Positions 19,417-30,082 of a stretch of 64,000 nucleotides of DNA are shown here, piece after piece (positions within the stretch are counted from its first letter, which is position 1; each line of letters opens with the position of its first letter). Under the pieces are notes generated by a model. It was given only the letters and a program-made list of their open reading frames with translations. It had not been told where the DNA came from and searched no databases. The stretch is from contig OZ025796.1 in NCBI GenBank assembly GCA_964019425.1, forward strand, positions 806,001 to 870,000, in the 5' to 3' direction. The position numbers and the translations under genes were made by a program. Source of the DNA: Flectonema sp. DT1601 (lineage: Eukaryota).

Positions 19417-22395
19417 CTATCGTTGTCTAAGTACGCTCTGTGATGATCGCTTGTTTGTACTTTGCGATCCCCTTCTACTCTCTTCATATTCTGTGATAGC
19501 ATTGTGAAGTGATGCATCTTGTCGTTTTAGTTCTAAGAGTCTCTCGCCCCATTTTTCGCTTTCTTCGAACTCCTCGAGTGTTTCACAAACAGATTGAATA
19601 TTAGTCATTAAAGAAGTAAGCCTCTGAACATCACTACGTGTCGCTTCCATTATCGACATTGCTTTTAGATAAGTTGATTTAGCTTTTGATGGATGACCTT
19701 GTTTCTCAAGTAGTGTTCCTAAATTATTTAAAGTCTCAGCAACCAGTAGATGACCATCACCATAAACAGATTCTCTAATTGAAAGACACTCTTCGTACAT
19801 TGACAAAGCCTCATCTAACTTACCCTGAGCTGTGTAAGACGACGCGAGATTGTTTAGAGAGATTGCTGTCTTTGGATGTTCTCTGCCAAGTAAACGAGTA
19901 GTGATTTCGAGGTCGCTGATGTATAGCGGGACTGACTTGTCGTAGGCACATCTACTGTCATAGATGGATGCTAAGTTATTCATAGAAGTCGCAACGTCCT
20001 GGTGATCTGTTCCTAATAATGTTTGACAAATCTCAAGATCTTTTTGATACAATGGTTCAGCTTCATCAAACCTTTGTTGTTCATAAAGATTAACCGCAAG
20101 ATTATTTAATGCTGTTGACACTCCCAGATGAAGCCTTCCAAGAGCCTTAACTCTCAATTGTAATACCATAGCACGTAAAGGTTCAGCGTTATCCGCTTGA
20201 CCTTGATCTTCATACAAAGCAGCTAGAGCAGCATAGCAAGGTATAATTTTTAAATTGTTCTCACCGTAAACCTTTTTATGAATTGTTAGTGATCGGTTCA
20301 ATGAAGCGATCGTATCCTCAACTCTGTTCGGTTGATTTTTTAATATAGTTCCCGTGTCGAGTAGGAGTTGGGCATGCAGACGGGGATCTCTTTCTCCGAT
20401 GCGTTCTGCTTGGTTGATATAGTCCTCAGCGAGCTGCCATCCTTTTAGTTTGTTAAAAAAAAGTGACAACAGTCTCATATCCAGACAGATTAACAGTTCA
20501 CAATCATCAGTTTTTGCCCGCTGAGCAATACATTCCTTAAGTAGAACCGAGCACTCTTTTACTTTCCCCTTTGCAATATTTCCTGAGGAGTTATAAAGAA
20601 GTGTTTTTACTAGTAGTTGCTTAGCGTGAATGATTTGAGGGTTTTCAGAGTTCAACTTAAGCAACGAATTAATCCCTTCCTTTAGAATCCTTACGGTCTC
20701 TTCTGCTGTTTCAGCTTTCAAAGCTTTTGCAAAGATACTAAACCGCGAGCTTGAAAGTAATTTTAATTTTTTGCTGGTTGTATGAACCTCGTTGACTGCT
20801 TCTAAGGTTTTGTGGTCTTTGAGGAGGTCGGTTGATGTTGGAATTGGCTGCTCAAGTTTGATTGAACAGTCCAGAACCAGAAATCTGATTAATAAATTAA
20901 TGTCAACATGATGTGACATGTGTTCAGATTCTACAGCAGGAAAATAAACCTGCTTTCTGTACAGAACCGGAAGTATAACTTCCTTCCAAAACTCATCTGA
21001 GTACCCAGACTGCGCACTTGAAACCAACGACAATAAGAATCGAGTTACAGAATTTGCTGCTGTCGTTGTGTTTGAGACGTCGCATTTACGTAGAATTTGA
21101 AATAAGGCTGACTTGCATACTTTACCTAGCATCACAGCTAAGATGCATTTGTTGTAATTTATTTCATATAAATATCCCAAACAAGCTGCTGGGATTCCAT
21201 ACTCATGACATATAGGAATTACTTGATTACACGTTTCTATATTTGATTCCAACTCAAGCAGTGTAATTTGCTTCTCTGCCATTGGACAGAGATCTCTTAT
21301 CATAAATCTAACAGCTTGGCGAGTGTCATCATCGTTTTGTCGATGTTCTGGTAATCCTTGCATACGAAATGAACAACTTGATAACGCATTATAATTACAT
21401 AATAATTCTGGTCGTAAACACACAACAGAATCCTGATGGACATCTGCGCCCACTGGCGGTGGATAACTTGGAAATAATTCCTCCAATCCATAAACATAGT
21501 TACGACCATCTCCACCAACATAAATAGTTAGACCTGGACATCCACAGAGTGGTTCTGTTGATCCAGTAAGAGGTGTTGGTTTTAAATTTAATACTTCGAG
21601 TGACCGACGGAGGTACAGCGCAGGCTCTGCAGTTGTTTGATGAACCCTCTTTCTCCCGTAAGTAACACACGAATACACTGGACGGTCTGACTCAGCTATT
21701 GGAGCCTCTGCAGATATAATTACACAAAAACCAGCCACCGTAATCTGCGCCTGTAAAGGAACAGAAATTCTCGTTGTGCAGGTTCCTAAAAGTAACGCAG
21801 CATTGCGAAGAGCTGCAGTTGCTTTTTTAGCTTCAACTTCATCATCGTAAACTGTGACTGTTATCGTTGAACTCGCATCCTTTCCCATTTCAATTGGTTG
21901 ACAATTACAAGAGTCTGGAAGCTTAAGAACATCTCTGAAGAAAACAGATTTCTTCTTCGGCGCTTCTATTGCAATCTGCCCTTCTGTGTAAGTTCGATGT
22001 TCCCATGCGAGGTGCCTCTCTGAGATAGCGAGTTCAGCAGAGGGGATGAACTCATTAGCAAACAAGTCGAGAAATTTTTCAATTTCTTCAAGTCGTTCTC
22101 GTTGGTCAGCTATTCCATGAATTGGTTGTTCAATAAGTTCTTGAAACTCTCTATTCCAGGCTCTTGAAGTAGCGAATGAACTTACTGTTGCACTAGTTGG
22201 TTTGTTTATCTTCTTTGGACAAACATCTTTAAATTCATTCTCTGCTACTGTTTTTGATATCCTCCTCGCTTCATTCAATAAGAAAGTCTCTCTTTTGTTA
22301 TCAGTTGTTGATATCAAACTGTCACACATATCAACTACTCTACCCAAAGCCTTGTCGCAGTCATCAAGTTCACCACTGGAAGCAGCACTTCCCAT
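19417..22395 (-). CDS. Clu-domain plus TPR (kinesin-light-chain-like) repeat protein, putative N-myristoylated
   Basis: RAWNREFQELIE, GGDGRNYV, LRPELL (Clu domain); repeats H..VA..LNNLA..Y..QG...EA..LY; likely start MGSAASS at 22395 downstream of a T-rich AG. Confidence 0.82.
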   Translation of the reverse strand: MGSAASSGELDDCDKALGRVVDMCDSLISTTDNKRETFLLNEARRISKTVAENEFKDVCPKKINKPTSATVSSFATSRAWNREFQELIEQPIHGIADQRERLEEIEKFLDLFANEFIPSAELAISERHLAWEHRTYTEGQIAIEAPKKKSVFFRDVLKLPDSCNCQPIEMGKDASSTITVTVYDDEVEAKKATAALRNAALLLGTCTTRISVPLQAQITVAGFCVIISAEAPIAESDRPVYSCVTYGRKRVHQTTAEPALYLRRSLEVLNLKPTPLTGSTEPLCGCPGLTIYVGGDGRNYVYGLEELFPSYPPPVGADVHQDSVVCLRPELLCNYNALSSCSFRMQGLPEHRQNDDDTRQAVRFMIRDLCPMAEKQITLLELESNIETCNQVIPICHEYGIPAACLGYLYEINYNKCILAVMLGKVCKSALFQILRKCDVSNTTTAANSVTRFLLSLVSSAQSGYSDEFWKEVILPVLYRKQVYFPAVESEHMSHHVDINLLIRFLVLDCSIKLEQPIPTSTDLLKDHKTLEAVNEVHTTSKKLKLLSSSRFSIFAKALKAETAEETVRILKEGINSLLKLNSENPQIIHAKQLLVKTLLYNSSGNIAKGKVKECSVLLKECIAQRAKTDDCELLICLDMRLLSLFFNKLKGWQLAEDYINQAERIGERDPRLHAQLLLDTGTILKNQPNRVEDTIASLNRSLTIHKKVYGENNLKIIPCYAALAALYEDQGQADNAEPLRAMVLQLRVKALGRLHLGVSTALNNLAVNLYEQQRFDEAEPLYQKDLEICQTLLGTDHQDVATSMNNLASIYDSRCAYDKSVPLYISDLEITTRLLGREHPKTAISLNNLASSYTAQGKLDEALSMYEECLSIRESVYGDGHLLVAETLNNLGTLLEKQGHPSKAKSTYLKAMSIMEATRSDVQRLTSLMTNIQSVCETLEEFEESEKWGERLLELKRQDASLHNAITEYEESRRGSQSTNKRSSQSVLRQR

Positions 22396-22819
22396 TTGTG
22401 TGGTTGCCTTAAGGTTTTGATTAAAAATAATAAAATTATTTAGCCAATTTTTTCCAACAATCTTTTTCATTCAAGAATATTTGAAATAATACTGTAAAAA
22501 ATAGTTAATTAATAACAAACAAAGAAATGTAACAAAAAAAATAGGTCAACAATCGCGCTTTCAGCACGTTCGCTCAAAACTGTAGCGTCACTCATAAGAG
22601 AATAAAACGGGTGGATTAGAGAGTGTAGCTAGAATGAACGTTACGGGAAGGAAAAAAGTAATAATAATAATTAACTTAAATAAATAACTAAATAAAAAAG
22701 AAAAAAAAAACGAAACCAACTAAATTAAATACATCTGTTGGTGAATATATCAGGTAGAATATGATGAGTTGAAAACAGCCAGGTAAGGTTTCCATTAATC
22801 ATATCAAACAGCAGTCATC

Positions 22820-25450
22820 TTAAGGTATTGACGATACAGTTGAACTATCTTTTCCATTAATCTGAACTCGAGATGGAGCAGGTGATAAACCAGACGGTTC
22901 AAACTTAAATGGAGAGTATCGAAACGCGTCCATCAGTTTCTTAGTTGGTCGGACGAGGTTCACAGAGACAGATTTTTGATTTAGAAAACTAGTAACAAAT
23001 ACTAAACTACAATCCTTACTGTAACAGCGAGGAATTAAATAATAAGGTCTGCTACAAGGGTTGAGTAATGTACGGAATTGAATATCACGCATTCCATAAA
23101 ACTTTCCTCCGTGAGAGTCTAGAGACCCATCATTATCATAGCCTGACTTTGAAGGGTATGCCAACGACAACATTAACGGCTCGTACTCGGCCTTCGAATT
23201 CGCAGATGTCCCTCTCTGGTCAATTTGACTAACAGTTGCGAATATACGAGTCTGTTCCTTTACAGTTATCTCCATTATCATTGATGGAAGACCATAATCA
23301 AAACATCCTCTCACTCTAATGTCTTTGTAGTGTGGTTTTGCGTAGCAAACTGCACCGCTCTTGAAATACTTGCGAACATCTCTCCATGGCATCCAGAAAG
23401 TGCCGTCATTAGTTTTTGTGAATTTACACTTGTCACGAGTTTCAGGATTCTTGTTCCAGAGAGGAGATGAATCACTCCATTCACCATTCCATTGTGTTGC
23501 GTCACCCCAGGGATTACGGATTTGACAGAGTTGATGACCACCAGATTCTACAATCTGAAGTAATGAGTACGCATGTCCGCAAACAAGTCCAACCTTTTCC
23601 CATTCATTAAGATCAACCTTCTTCTTGTCTTTACCACCATCATAGTCTGTCTTGTCTTCTCCCTTTGTTGCTATTGTCATTAAGAATCGTTGCTGATCGT
23701 ATGATAATAACTTTTGGAATATATTCTTGTCATCGAGTGGCATATCTTCTGATGGCCATCCAGTCAGGTCTTGCAGCGCGCACTCTGGAGGACCTCCCCT
23801 TATGCTTCCATATGAGCCGTGCAGCTTTGCGAATGCCTTCTCTAACAATGAGCACCACAACTCAGTAGGTTGCTCGACATTCTTTGCGAAGCATGGTGCG
23901 AATCCAGATACCGGGAGAAATGTGTCAACGATAACTGTAGTCCACCAACCATTCTTATTCAGTCGAAGACGGTAGATGCCGTGTCGGTTATCATCTGTGC
24001 GACTTAAGCGACGGTCTACCTCGTAAGCGCGGTGGAATATCCTGAGTATGTTTTCTGGGAACTCAGCTAGGGCTGCGACAGCACCCAGAAGCCAACAATC
24101 ACCAAGTGCCCCTTGATCAATATCATTCGGTGCGATACAACTATCTCCAGAATGGTCTTGAACGAATAATTGTGGTTTTAATCCATGGAGAAACTGTTCA
24201 GGTCGCATCCATGCGCGCTCATCCATTGCAGTTTCAAAATCGCGAAAAAGACTTCTTTTCCCAGGTGGGAACTCTGTGAAGTCAACGAATCTCAGATTAT
24301 TTTGAATACACACTCTGGCTACCTCTGCCGCCGATTCATCACTGCGAACTAATTTACACAGCTGGTGGACTTCGGAAGAAATTCGTCTCTCACACTCAAC
24401 TTTCTTCTTTTGGTGGTACTCGGCTGGGGGGGAACTGTATTCCATTCTAACATGATACCCGTTTATTGGTCCTTTAACAAAAGCTGCAGTCTCCCCTGGG
24501 TGTACAGACGCTAAGTACTCGTCTCCAGATTTTGTGCAGTCCTGCAGGCAAACTAACTTCACTCCCCTAAAGTTGTAATTCATTTTAAAAGTTAGTGATG
24601 GGGAACCATTCCAAAAGAATATTTGTGGTGTTCCGCTACTGGACTTGTTGTCAATTCGAAAAATTGGTTCCGTTTGCAGGAGCTGAGTGAACTCACCGTC
24701 AACAGTGGGAGGAGGAACTCCTTTATAGTCAGAAAAAACAGGTCTGTGTCGAGTGTTAGCCCACTCTTCATCAGTTAACTTTCCAGTGGTTCTCTTCCTT
24801 GGAAGAGATCGGATTGGACGTCGTTCAGAAGTGTCGCTGTCATTACCGTCGTCTCTATTTCTGTTATCATAACCAACACGAGGTGGAGGTGTTTGACGTT
24901 TTCTATCATCTCTTTGTCTATCTTCATCATTCCGTCTGCCATCAGATTCTTGGAGAGAATTTGACCGCCTCCGTCTTCTCCTCTCGTCCCTCCCGTTGTC
25001 GTCTGCCCTCCGACGTTCTTCACTTCGATCATCTCGTCGTCTTCTTCCGTCCTCTCTCGGAGGCGTGTGGCCCCTATCTCTCTCCCTATCTCTATATCCA
25101 CCTCTGTCTCTGTCTCTGTCTCTGTCGGGGGGTGGAGTGACTTCTCTCTTTCTCTCATCAGCCTGTTGAGGTTGCGGATTATTTTGATAACGTCGAATAG
25201 TAGATTCCAATTCTGAAATCTTATCATTTGAACGCTTTAGTTGCGATTTCAGTGTTCTCACTTCTGAGATTAGAGCTGCCGCGTTTGGTGCATTTTCGGC
25301 AACGTCATCTTTTTTCTCAGCTGAAAGCCTTCGAATGTCTTCCACCAGTCTTCTATTTTCAACCATTCTTCTCTCCTCTCTCAGAGCAGATTCAGCAACC
25401 TGTTCCTTCATTGCCCTTATCTGGGCTCGAAGCTGGTCTGTTTCTTTCAT
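22820..25450 (-). CDS. Calpain-like cysteine peptidase (coiled coil, R/D/E-rich region, DUF1935-like, CysPc, domain III)
   Basis: QGALGDCW, GHAYSLL and RNPWG give an intact C-H-N triad. IFFWN...VHPGETAAFVKGPING resembles the kinetoplastid DUF1935 domain. Likely start MKETDQ at 25450, 7 nt after a pyrimidine-rich AG. Confidence 0.92.
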   Translation of the reverse strand: MKETDQLRAQIRAMKEQVAESALREERRMVENRRLVEDIRRLSAEKKDDVAENAPNAAALISEVRTLKSQLKRSNDKISELESTIRRYQNNPQPQQADERKREVTPPPDRDRDRDRGGYRDRERDRGHTPPREDGRRRRDDRSEERRRADDNGRDERRRRRRSNSLQESDGRRNDEDRQRDDRKRQTPPPRVGYDNRNRDDGNDSDTSERRPIRSLPRKRTTGKLTDEEWANTRHRPVFSDYKGVPPPTVDGEFTQLLQTEPIFRIDNKSSSGTPQIFFWNGSPSLTFKMNYNFRGVKLVCLQDCTKSGDEYLASVHPGETAAFVKGPINGYHVRMEYSSPPAEYHQKKKVECERRISSEVHQLCKLVRSDESAAEVARVCIQNNLRFVDFTEFPPGKRSLFRDFETAMDERAWMRPEQFLHGLKPQLFVQDHSGDSCIAPNDIDQGALGDCWLLGAVAALAEFPENILRIFHRAYEVDRRLSRTDDNRHGIYRLRLNKNGWWTTVIVDTFLPVSGFAPCFAKNVEQPTELWCSLLEKAFAKLHGSYGSIRGGPPECALQDLTGWPSEDMPLDDKNIFQKLLSYDQQRFLMTIATKGEDKTDYDGGKDKKKVDLNEWEKVGLVCGHAYSLLQIVESGGHQLCQIRNPWGDATQWNGEWSDSSPLWNKNPETRDKCKFTKTNDGTFWMPWRDVRKYFKSGAVCYAKPHYKDIRVRGCFDYGLPSMIMEITVKEQTRIFATVSQIDQRGTSANSKAEYEPLMLSLAYPSKSGYDNDGSLDSHGGKFYGMRDIQFRTLLNPCSRPYYLIPRCYSKDCSLVFVTSFLNQKSVSVNLVRPTKKLMDAFRYSPFKFEPSGLSPAPSRVQINGKDSSTVSSIP

Positions 25451-25712
25451 TGTGTTTCTATTTGAAAAGAATAAACAATTCGAAATATAAGTATCAGAAG
25501 TACACAACAAAAAAGAGAGTCCCCGATGTCCTTTTTGAGATGTGTAAGCTGCCTGTGTCAACAACAATAATAGTAATGATAATTCAAACCAACGACATTA
25601 CACAAAACAATTACCTTAGCTGAGTGTGATAACACCGTGCTAAGGATGTGATACTTCTCTCGAATATAAAAAAAAAGAGATAATTTTGTGTAAATGAAAT
25701 TCAAGTTGATAA

Positions 25713-28496
25713 TTAATCGTACAACTGTAAGAATGGAAGGTTTTCTTCTTTAACAGAAGGTAACCTAGTTGGCTGACCACAAGACATCGTGAAGAGTCCA
25801 CGTGATTGATATAAACATTCACTTACGTCTGATAACATCCTTTCTGCTTCAGCGTGAAGTCGTAAGATGGAGGCGTGAAATCGTTTTTTATCATCAGTTA
25901 AAAAAGAACTACTTAAATAATTCACACAGTCACTAGTAGTACTAAGAAGAGCCTCAAGGCAATCATGAGCTTTATGGTACTTTCCAAGACAATGTAATAT
26001 CTTTGAGTAATCAAGAAGTACTTCAGTCAGTTGTGTTTTAGTTTCTGTGATGTCTCCGCTTATAGACGTTACTTCAATCTTTTTATTATTCTTAAAGGAG
26101 TATTCGACTGCCAGCTGAAGCTGTTTTTCAGATTCTGCAAAACGACCAGCGCACCAAAGACGATTAGCACCTCTGTGGAAGAGGTTAATTGAAGTGAAGT
26201 AATCTCTTTTTGAAAGAAGTGTAGTAATCCACGTTGACAACACTGATAGGTAATGGTCTAAATCACTGTCTAAGAGTAATAGTAACCGCTCGTATATTTT
26301 CGTAGTCCGTTCGTATAAATTATATTGTCTTAGTACGCCGAGGTGTCTTTTGAGAATATTAATTTCATCGCCTCCCATTCGTATCTCCACTTCGGAAGCC
26401 AATTCGTGTATCATGACCACGTTTTCAAAATCATCTTTGCAAACCAACCACCGTATCAATGCAAATAACAACTTTCTAGTTGTTGGAAGAGGTTGTACAC
26501 AGGTAACGTCAATTAATTTTCGATTAACCGTGAAGACGTTTTTTATCACTATCGGTTTCTCGGTAGACACAAGTTGAAAATTATCACTTTCACTAGCACT
26601 GCTGTCGTCGCTTCTTAATCTCAAAAAGCTTACCCAAAGACTTTCTGCTTCTGGGTAGAGTTGTAGCCTTGATAATTCCCTGATGCAAAAAAACACCTTT
26701 TGAGGGTCTTGAACTAAACCCAATTTAAACGTTCCGGAGCACTTCGCAATTTCTGTGTGGAAAGCTTCTCGGGCGTCTTTTTCACAGGCGAAGGTGCGAG
26801 AATGCGGAGAGGTATTACTTTTTTTCATCAACTGGTCGGCTACAGGATCCCAAGCACACACAACCCTACAAGTAAAATTCAAATCAGTGGCTCGAACTAC
26901 AGTCAACATCTCTTGATTAATCCAAGTACGAGAATGAGTACTGTAGACTGGTAGTGTTACGCCAAGTAACTCACAGCATCTGTAAATTAAATGTTTTTGA
27001 GATATTTCCGAAGTTGTAAAGTTTGCGCAGGAAACCGCCTGAGGTGATTTCCAAAACCTAAGTGGATCTGGAACTGAACTCTCAACCGTTGTATTTATAA
27101 ATAAAGATTCAATTCCTAGAAGTGTTACTATCTTATAGTCACGTGCATGTCTTGATGATAATTGTTTATATATTCCTGACATCCAAACTGAGAACTGTCT
27201 ACATATTAATTCAGTTCGAAGTAATTTATTGACTCCGTTGACATCAGCGGAGGGCCAACGAGAACTTAATCCTCCCCTGTCTTTATTTAGTTCATGAATA
27301 GGTCTGTTTGGGATGGGTCCATTATCAGTATTAACACTTTGCATTGTTTCAAGGGCTAGTTCAATATCTTGAATGTCATTAGCAGATGAAGGACTGCAGT
27401 GTTCTTGAAGATGTTCAATTCCAGTGAGTCTACTCTTTTCATGAGACAGTAACAACATCCACAACAACTGTCCAACTTCATCGTAGTCACGTTTTACATA
27501 TAACACCGCACGCTCTTCTTTAAGTAGTTCCGATTCCGTATCACAACTACTTCTTCGTAAGGACATCGATCTCTGTTTCTCTCTCACTGCATTCTTCGGT
27601 GATATTATCCCTTTTGGAATTGTTACCAAATCGATATTAATAACTCCTTCACTGTTTACGTACACTCCTTGTTTACTTAACTCAGTATGCAATGGACTCT
27701 CTTCAGCCACTTGCAGGTATTCACTTGCTTTCACAAATTCTGCATCTGAAGAGAATTGAACTGCAGTGCAATAAACAGAGTAACCTCGGTACTGGATAAA
27801 AACCGACAGGGGTGCTAAGAGAGGAAGATGCTGGGAATTGATCTTTCTGAGAGCGGTAAATTTCCAGGATAAATCTCCGAAGTCTTGTGGGTCATCATTA
27901 GGACGTATTAATAAAGAGATACCATTCGAGATAAAACACTTTGTGTGTGTTAATGCACATGACCCTATTGGAGTGTATTGTTGTTTGGATGGTTGAATAT
28001 TAACTTCTTGAATTATTTGCTTTGACGTCGCTTCACATTGTCGTTTAAACTCCCTTCTGAGTGCTCTAATTGATAATTGTTGTGATTCATACGTCTCTGG
28101 AGTAGGAGTAAACTCAGACAGGTGTTTGTAATATTGTTGACACCATACTTTAGAACTTAACGTTGCATTTTTCCAATACAACGAACCCTCAACAGATGTC
28201 GTCAGAGCAGTGATATTGTCGTTTGTTTGTATCGATGTCCCCCAGGTAGATTCCAACTTGCTTCTTATTGAATTGTTTAAGTTCGTAATTCTATCACAGC
28301 TTTCAACTGGTATTTTAATTATCCTTCTCTTACCTCTCAATGGAGATAAAGTTCTATTTCTCGCAGTTATCCCAGAGGGGTTCACAGATGACAACACAAA
28401 TATTCGGTCTCTTTGTACAAACGGAGGAGTTTTTTCACACTTCCAATTATCTCTTCTCTCAACTCCAATGATCGCTGAGGATCCCAGAGCGCTCAT
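25713..28496 (-). CDS. Divergent Clu-like / helical-repeat protein (927 aa)
   Basis: WCQQYYKHLSE...LRREFKRQCEATSKQIIQE and LLAPLSVFIQYRGYSVYCTA echo Clu-domain motifs; TPR-like C-terminus. Confidence 0.6.
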   Translation of the reverse strand: MSALGSSAIIGVERRDNWKCEKTPPFVQRDRIFVLSSVNPSGITARNRTLSPLRGKRRIIKIPVESCDRITNLNNSIRSKLESTWGTSIQTNDNITALTTSVEGSLYWKNATLSSKVWCQQYYKHLSEFTPTPETYESQQLSIRALRREFKRQCEATSKQIIQEVNIQPSKQQYTPIGSCALTHTKCFISNGISLLIRPNDDPQDFGDLSWKFTALRKINSQHLPLLAPLSVFIQYRGYSVYCTAVQFSSDAEFVKASEYLQVAEESPLHTELSKQGVYVNSEGVINIDLVTIPKGIISPKNAVREKQRSMSLRRSSCDTESELLKEERAVLYVKRDYDEVGQLLWMLLLSHEKSRLTGIEHLQEHCSPSSANDIQDIELALETMQSVNTDNGPIPNRPIHELNKDRGGLSSRWPSADVNGVNKLLRTELICRQFSVWMSGIYKQLSSRHARDYKIVTLLGIESLFINTTVESSVPDPLRFWKSPQAVSCANFTTSEISQKHLIYRCCELLGVTLPVYSTHSRTWINQEMLTVVRATDLNFTCRVVCAWDPVADQLMKKSNTSPHSRTFACEKDAREAFHTEIAKCSGTFKLGLVQDPQKVFFCIRELSRLQLYPEAESLWVSFLRLRSDDSSASESDNFQLVSTEKPIVIKNVFTVNRKLIDVTCVQPLPTTRKLLFALIRWLVCKDDFENVVMIHELASEVEIRMGGDEINILKRHLGVLRQYNLYERTTKIYERLLLLLDSDLDHYLSVLSTWITTLLSKRDYFTSINLFHRGANRLWCAGRFAESEKQLQLAVEYSFKNNKKIEVTSISGDITETKTQLTEVLLDYSKILHCLGKYHKAHDCLEALLSTTSDCVNYLSSSFLTDDKKRFHASILRLHAEAERMLSDVSECLYQSRGLFTMSCGQPTRLPSVKEENLPFLQLYD

Positions 28497-28778
28497 TAAA
28501 AAAGAAAAATGACGACTACGGGGAAAAAATAAATTAATAACATTTTTATTATATCATTTTAACTACTAAACTTGTTCACAGATAATGTAAATAATTCCAC
28601 TCCTCACTTGTCCAAAAACAGTGGAAACTGATTGCGGAGGAGGATGCGAATAAATAGCATTCGCATGTTGGTCAGAACGTTTTGAGAACAGAATGACATA
28701 ACAAAAATAAAATAAATACAAATCGAAGACAATGAAGTCGATAACCTTACGAATGAAATCGAAAGGGAAGCTCCGTCA

Positions 28779-29867
28779 TCAGAGAAGAGGAGGAATGCTT
28801 GGTAGAAGAGGAGGAATGCTTGGTAAAGTAAACCCTTCATCAATTGGTGATGATAAAGGACTATTAACAATTGGACCAAAAGCAGCATTGTTAGTAAGTG
28901 ACTCTACTTTAAAAGAAACAACTGTTGGGGATCTGATGAGAGATGGGAGTTGACCAGCACTTCCTTTTTCATCCAATACAACTTTCAAATCCATTCGATC
29001 TAATTTAGCTGCGTATGTACTACCACGACGGGCTTTCTTTGAAGATTCCAATCCTCTCAGATATCTTCGTTCGTCATCAGTGAATTGTGGTCGTTGAGAG
29101 TCTGTCCATTTCTTTTCTTCTTCGAACTCAAGTTCTCTCATTCTAATCTGACTATCAATAGTTTCTAATTGTTCGCTGATATTAAGAATAGTATCTTCGT
29201 CTTGCTGACGCTCAGCTAGTTGTAATTTCGACTTCAAGTCGTTAGCTTTGATACGTCTCTGAGAAACATAATTCTTCCTGGTTTGATCCTCGTCTTTCAT
29301 TCGAACAGTTTCCTTGTATATCGCAGTCATCTTATTTGAGGCACTCTTTTTAACTTCTGCCTCATCAACAGAGGGTTGCTTTCCATGAACTTCTGATTGC
29401 CTTCGTACTGGAGGTTTGATTACTTTATGATCGTTAGCGGGGTGTTGAGTTTGTTTTGATTTTTCTTTTTTTTCTCTTTTCGCAGCGTCAACACCGTACA
29501 GGATACATCGTTGTTCTGAAGTGAGTTCGATGTGTTGTTCGTTATTACGAGTGGTAGTGTGTTCTAAGTTTCTAAGGTCAATGTCGTAGAGGATCTCATT
29601 TTTCATATTTCGTAAATTGGATTTCTCATTGTCCGATAAGTGTCGTCCCAAAGTGTTCGGAATATCGTTCAGCATTTCATCAATCACACTAACTTTTCGC
29701 TTCTGCTCTACATTCCATGTGGCAAATATCTTATCTTGGGTTTCCCACCGCTGTCGTTGTTGTTCCGCTTGTCGCATCACAAGTTGCGTTTCTCTCTTTT
29801 TCGTCTCCAGCAGGACTTGAACTTCGAGAACTGAACCCCTTCTTATTGATCCTCGACGGCTAGACAT
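28779..29867 (-). CDS. Hypothetical coiled-coil protein (362 aa)
   Basis: Charged helical ORF with RRGS motifs; 21-bp duplication at the 3' end. Confidence 0.72.
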   Translation of the reverse strand: MSSRRGSIRRGSVLEVQVLLETKKRETQLVMRQAEQQRQRWETQDKIFATWNVEQKRKVSVIDEMLNDIPNTLGRHLSDNEKSNLRNMKNEILYDIDLRNLEHTTTRNNEQHIELTSEQRCILYGVDAAKREKKEKSKQTQHPANDHKVIKPPVRRQSEVHGKQPSVDEAEVKKSASNKMTAIYKETVRMKDEDQTRKNYVSQRRIKANDLKSKLQLAERQQDEDTILNISEQLETIDSQIRMRELEFEEEKKWTDSQRPQFTDDERRYLRGLESSKKARRGSTYAAKLDRMDLKVVLDEKGSAGQLPSLIRSPTVVSFKVESLTNNAAFGPIVNSPLSSPIDEGFTLPSIPPLLPSIPPLL

Positions 29868-30082
29868 TTCTAGTTCTGTTTAAAAAATAACATAAGGTCC
29901 ATTTTATACCTCTTATCTCACTGACATGGATCTGACTACTGATGAAAGTAATCAAAAGGACATCTATTATTTTATTACACTACCTTCGACTACGATAGTA
30001 ATCAAGTGTTTGCAGTGCTAAAGTGTAAATGAATACGTACAACACCTGACGACAAGTCACATTTGTTCTATAAAAGTGTTAT

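Noticed and set aside
22396..22470. ORF-track N-terminal extensions (also 1943-1990, 25451-25567, 48604-48738)
   Set aside because: They run through T-rich acceptor-like tracts or use non-ATG starts; the downstream ATGs following an AG are more plausible
28783..28824. 21-bp direct duplication (PSIPPLL x2)
   Set aside because: Ordinary slippage duplication at a disordered C-terminus
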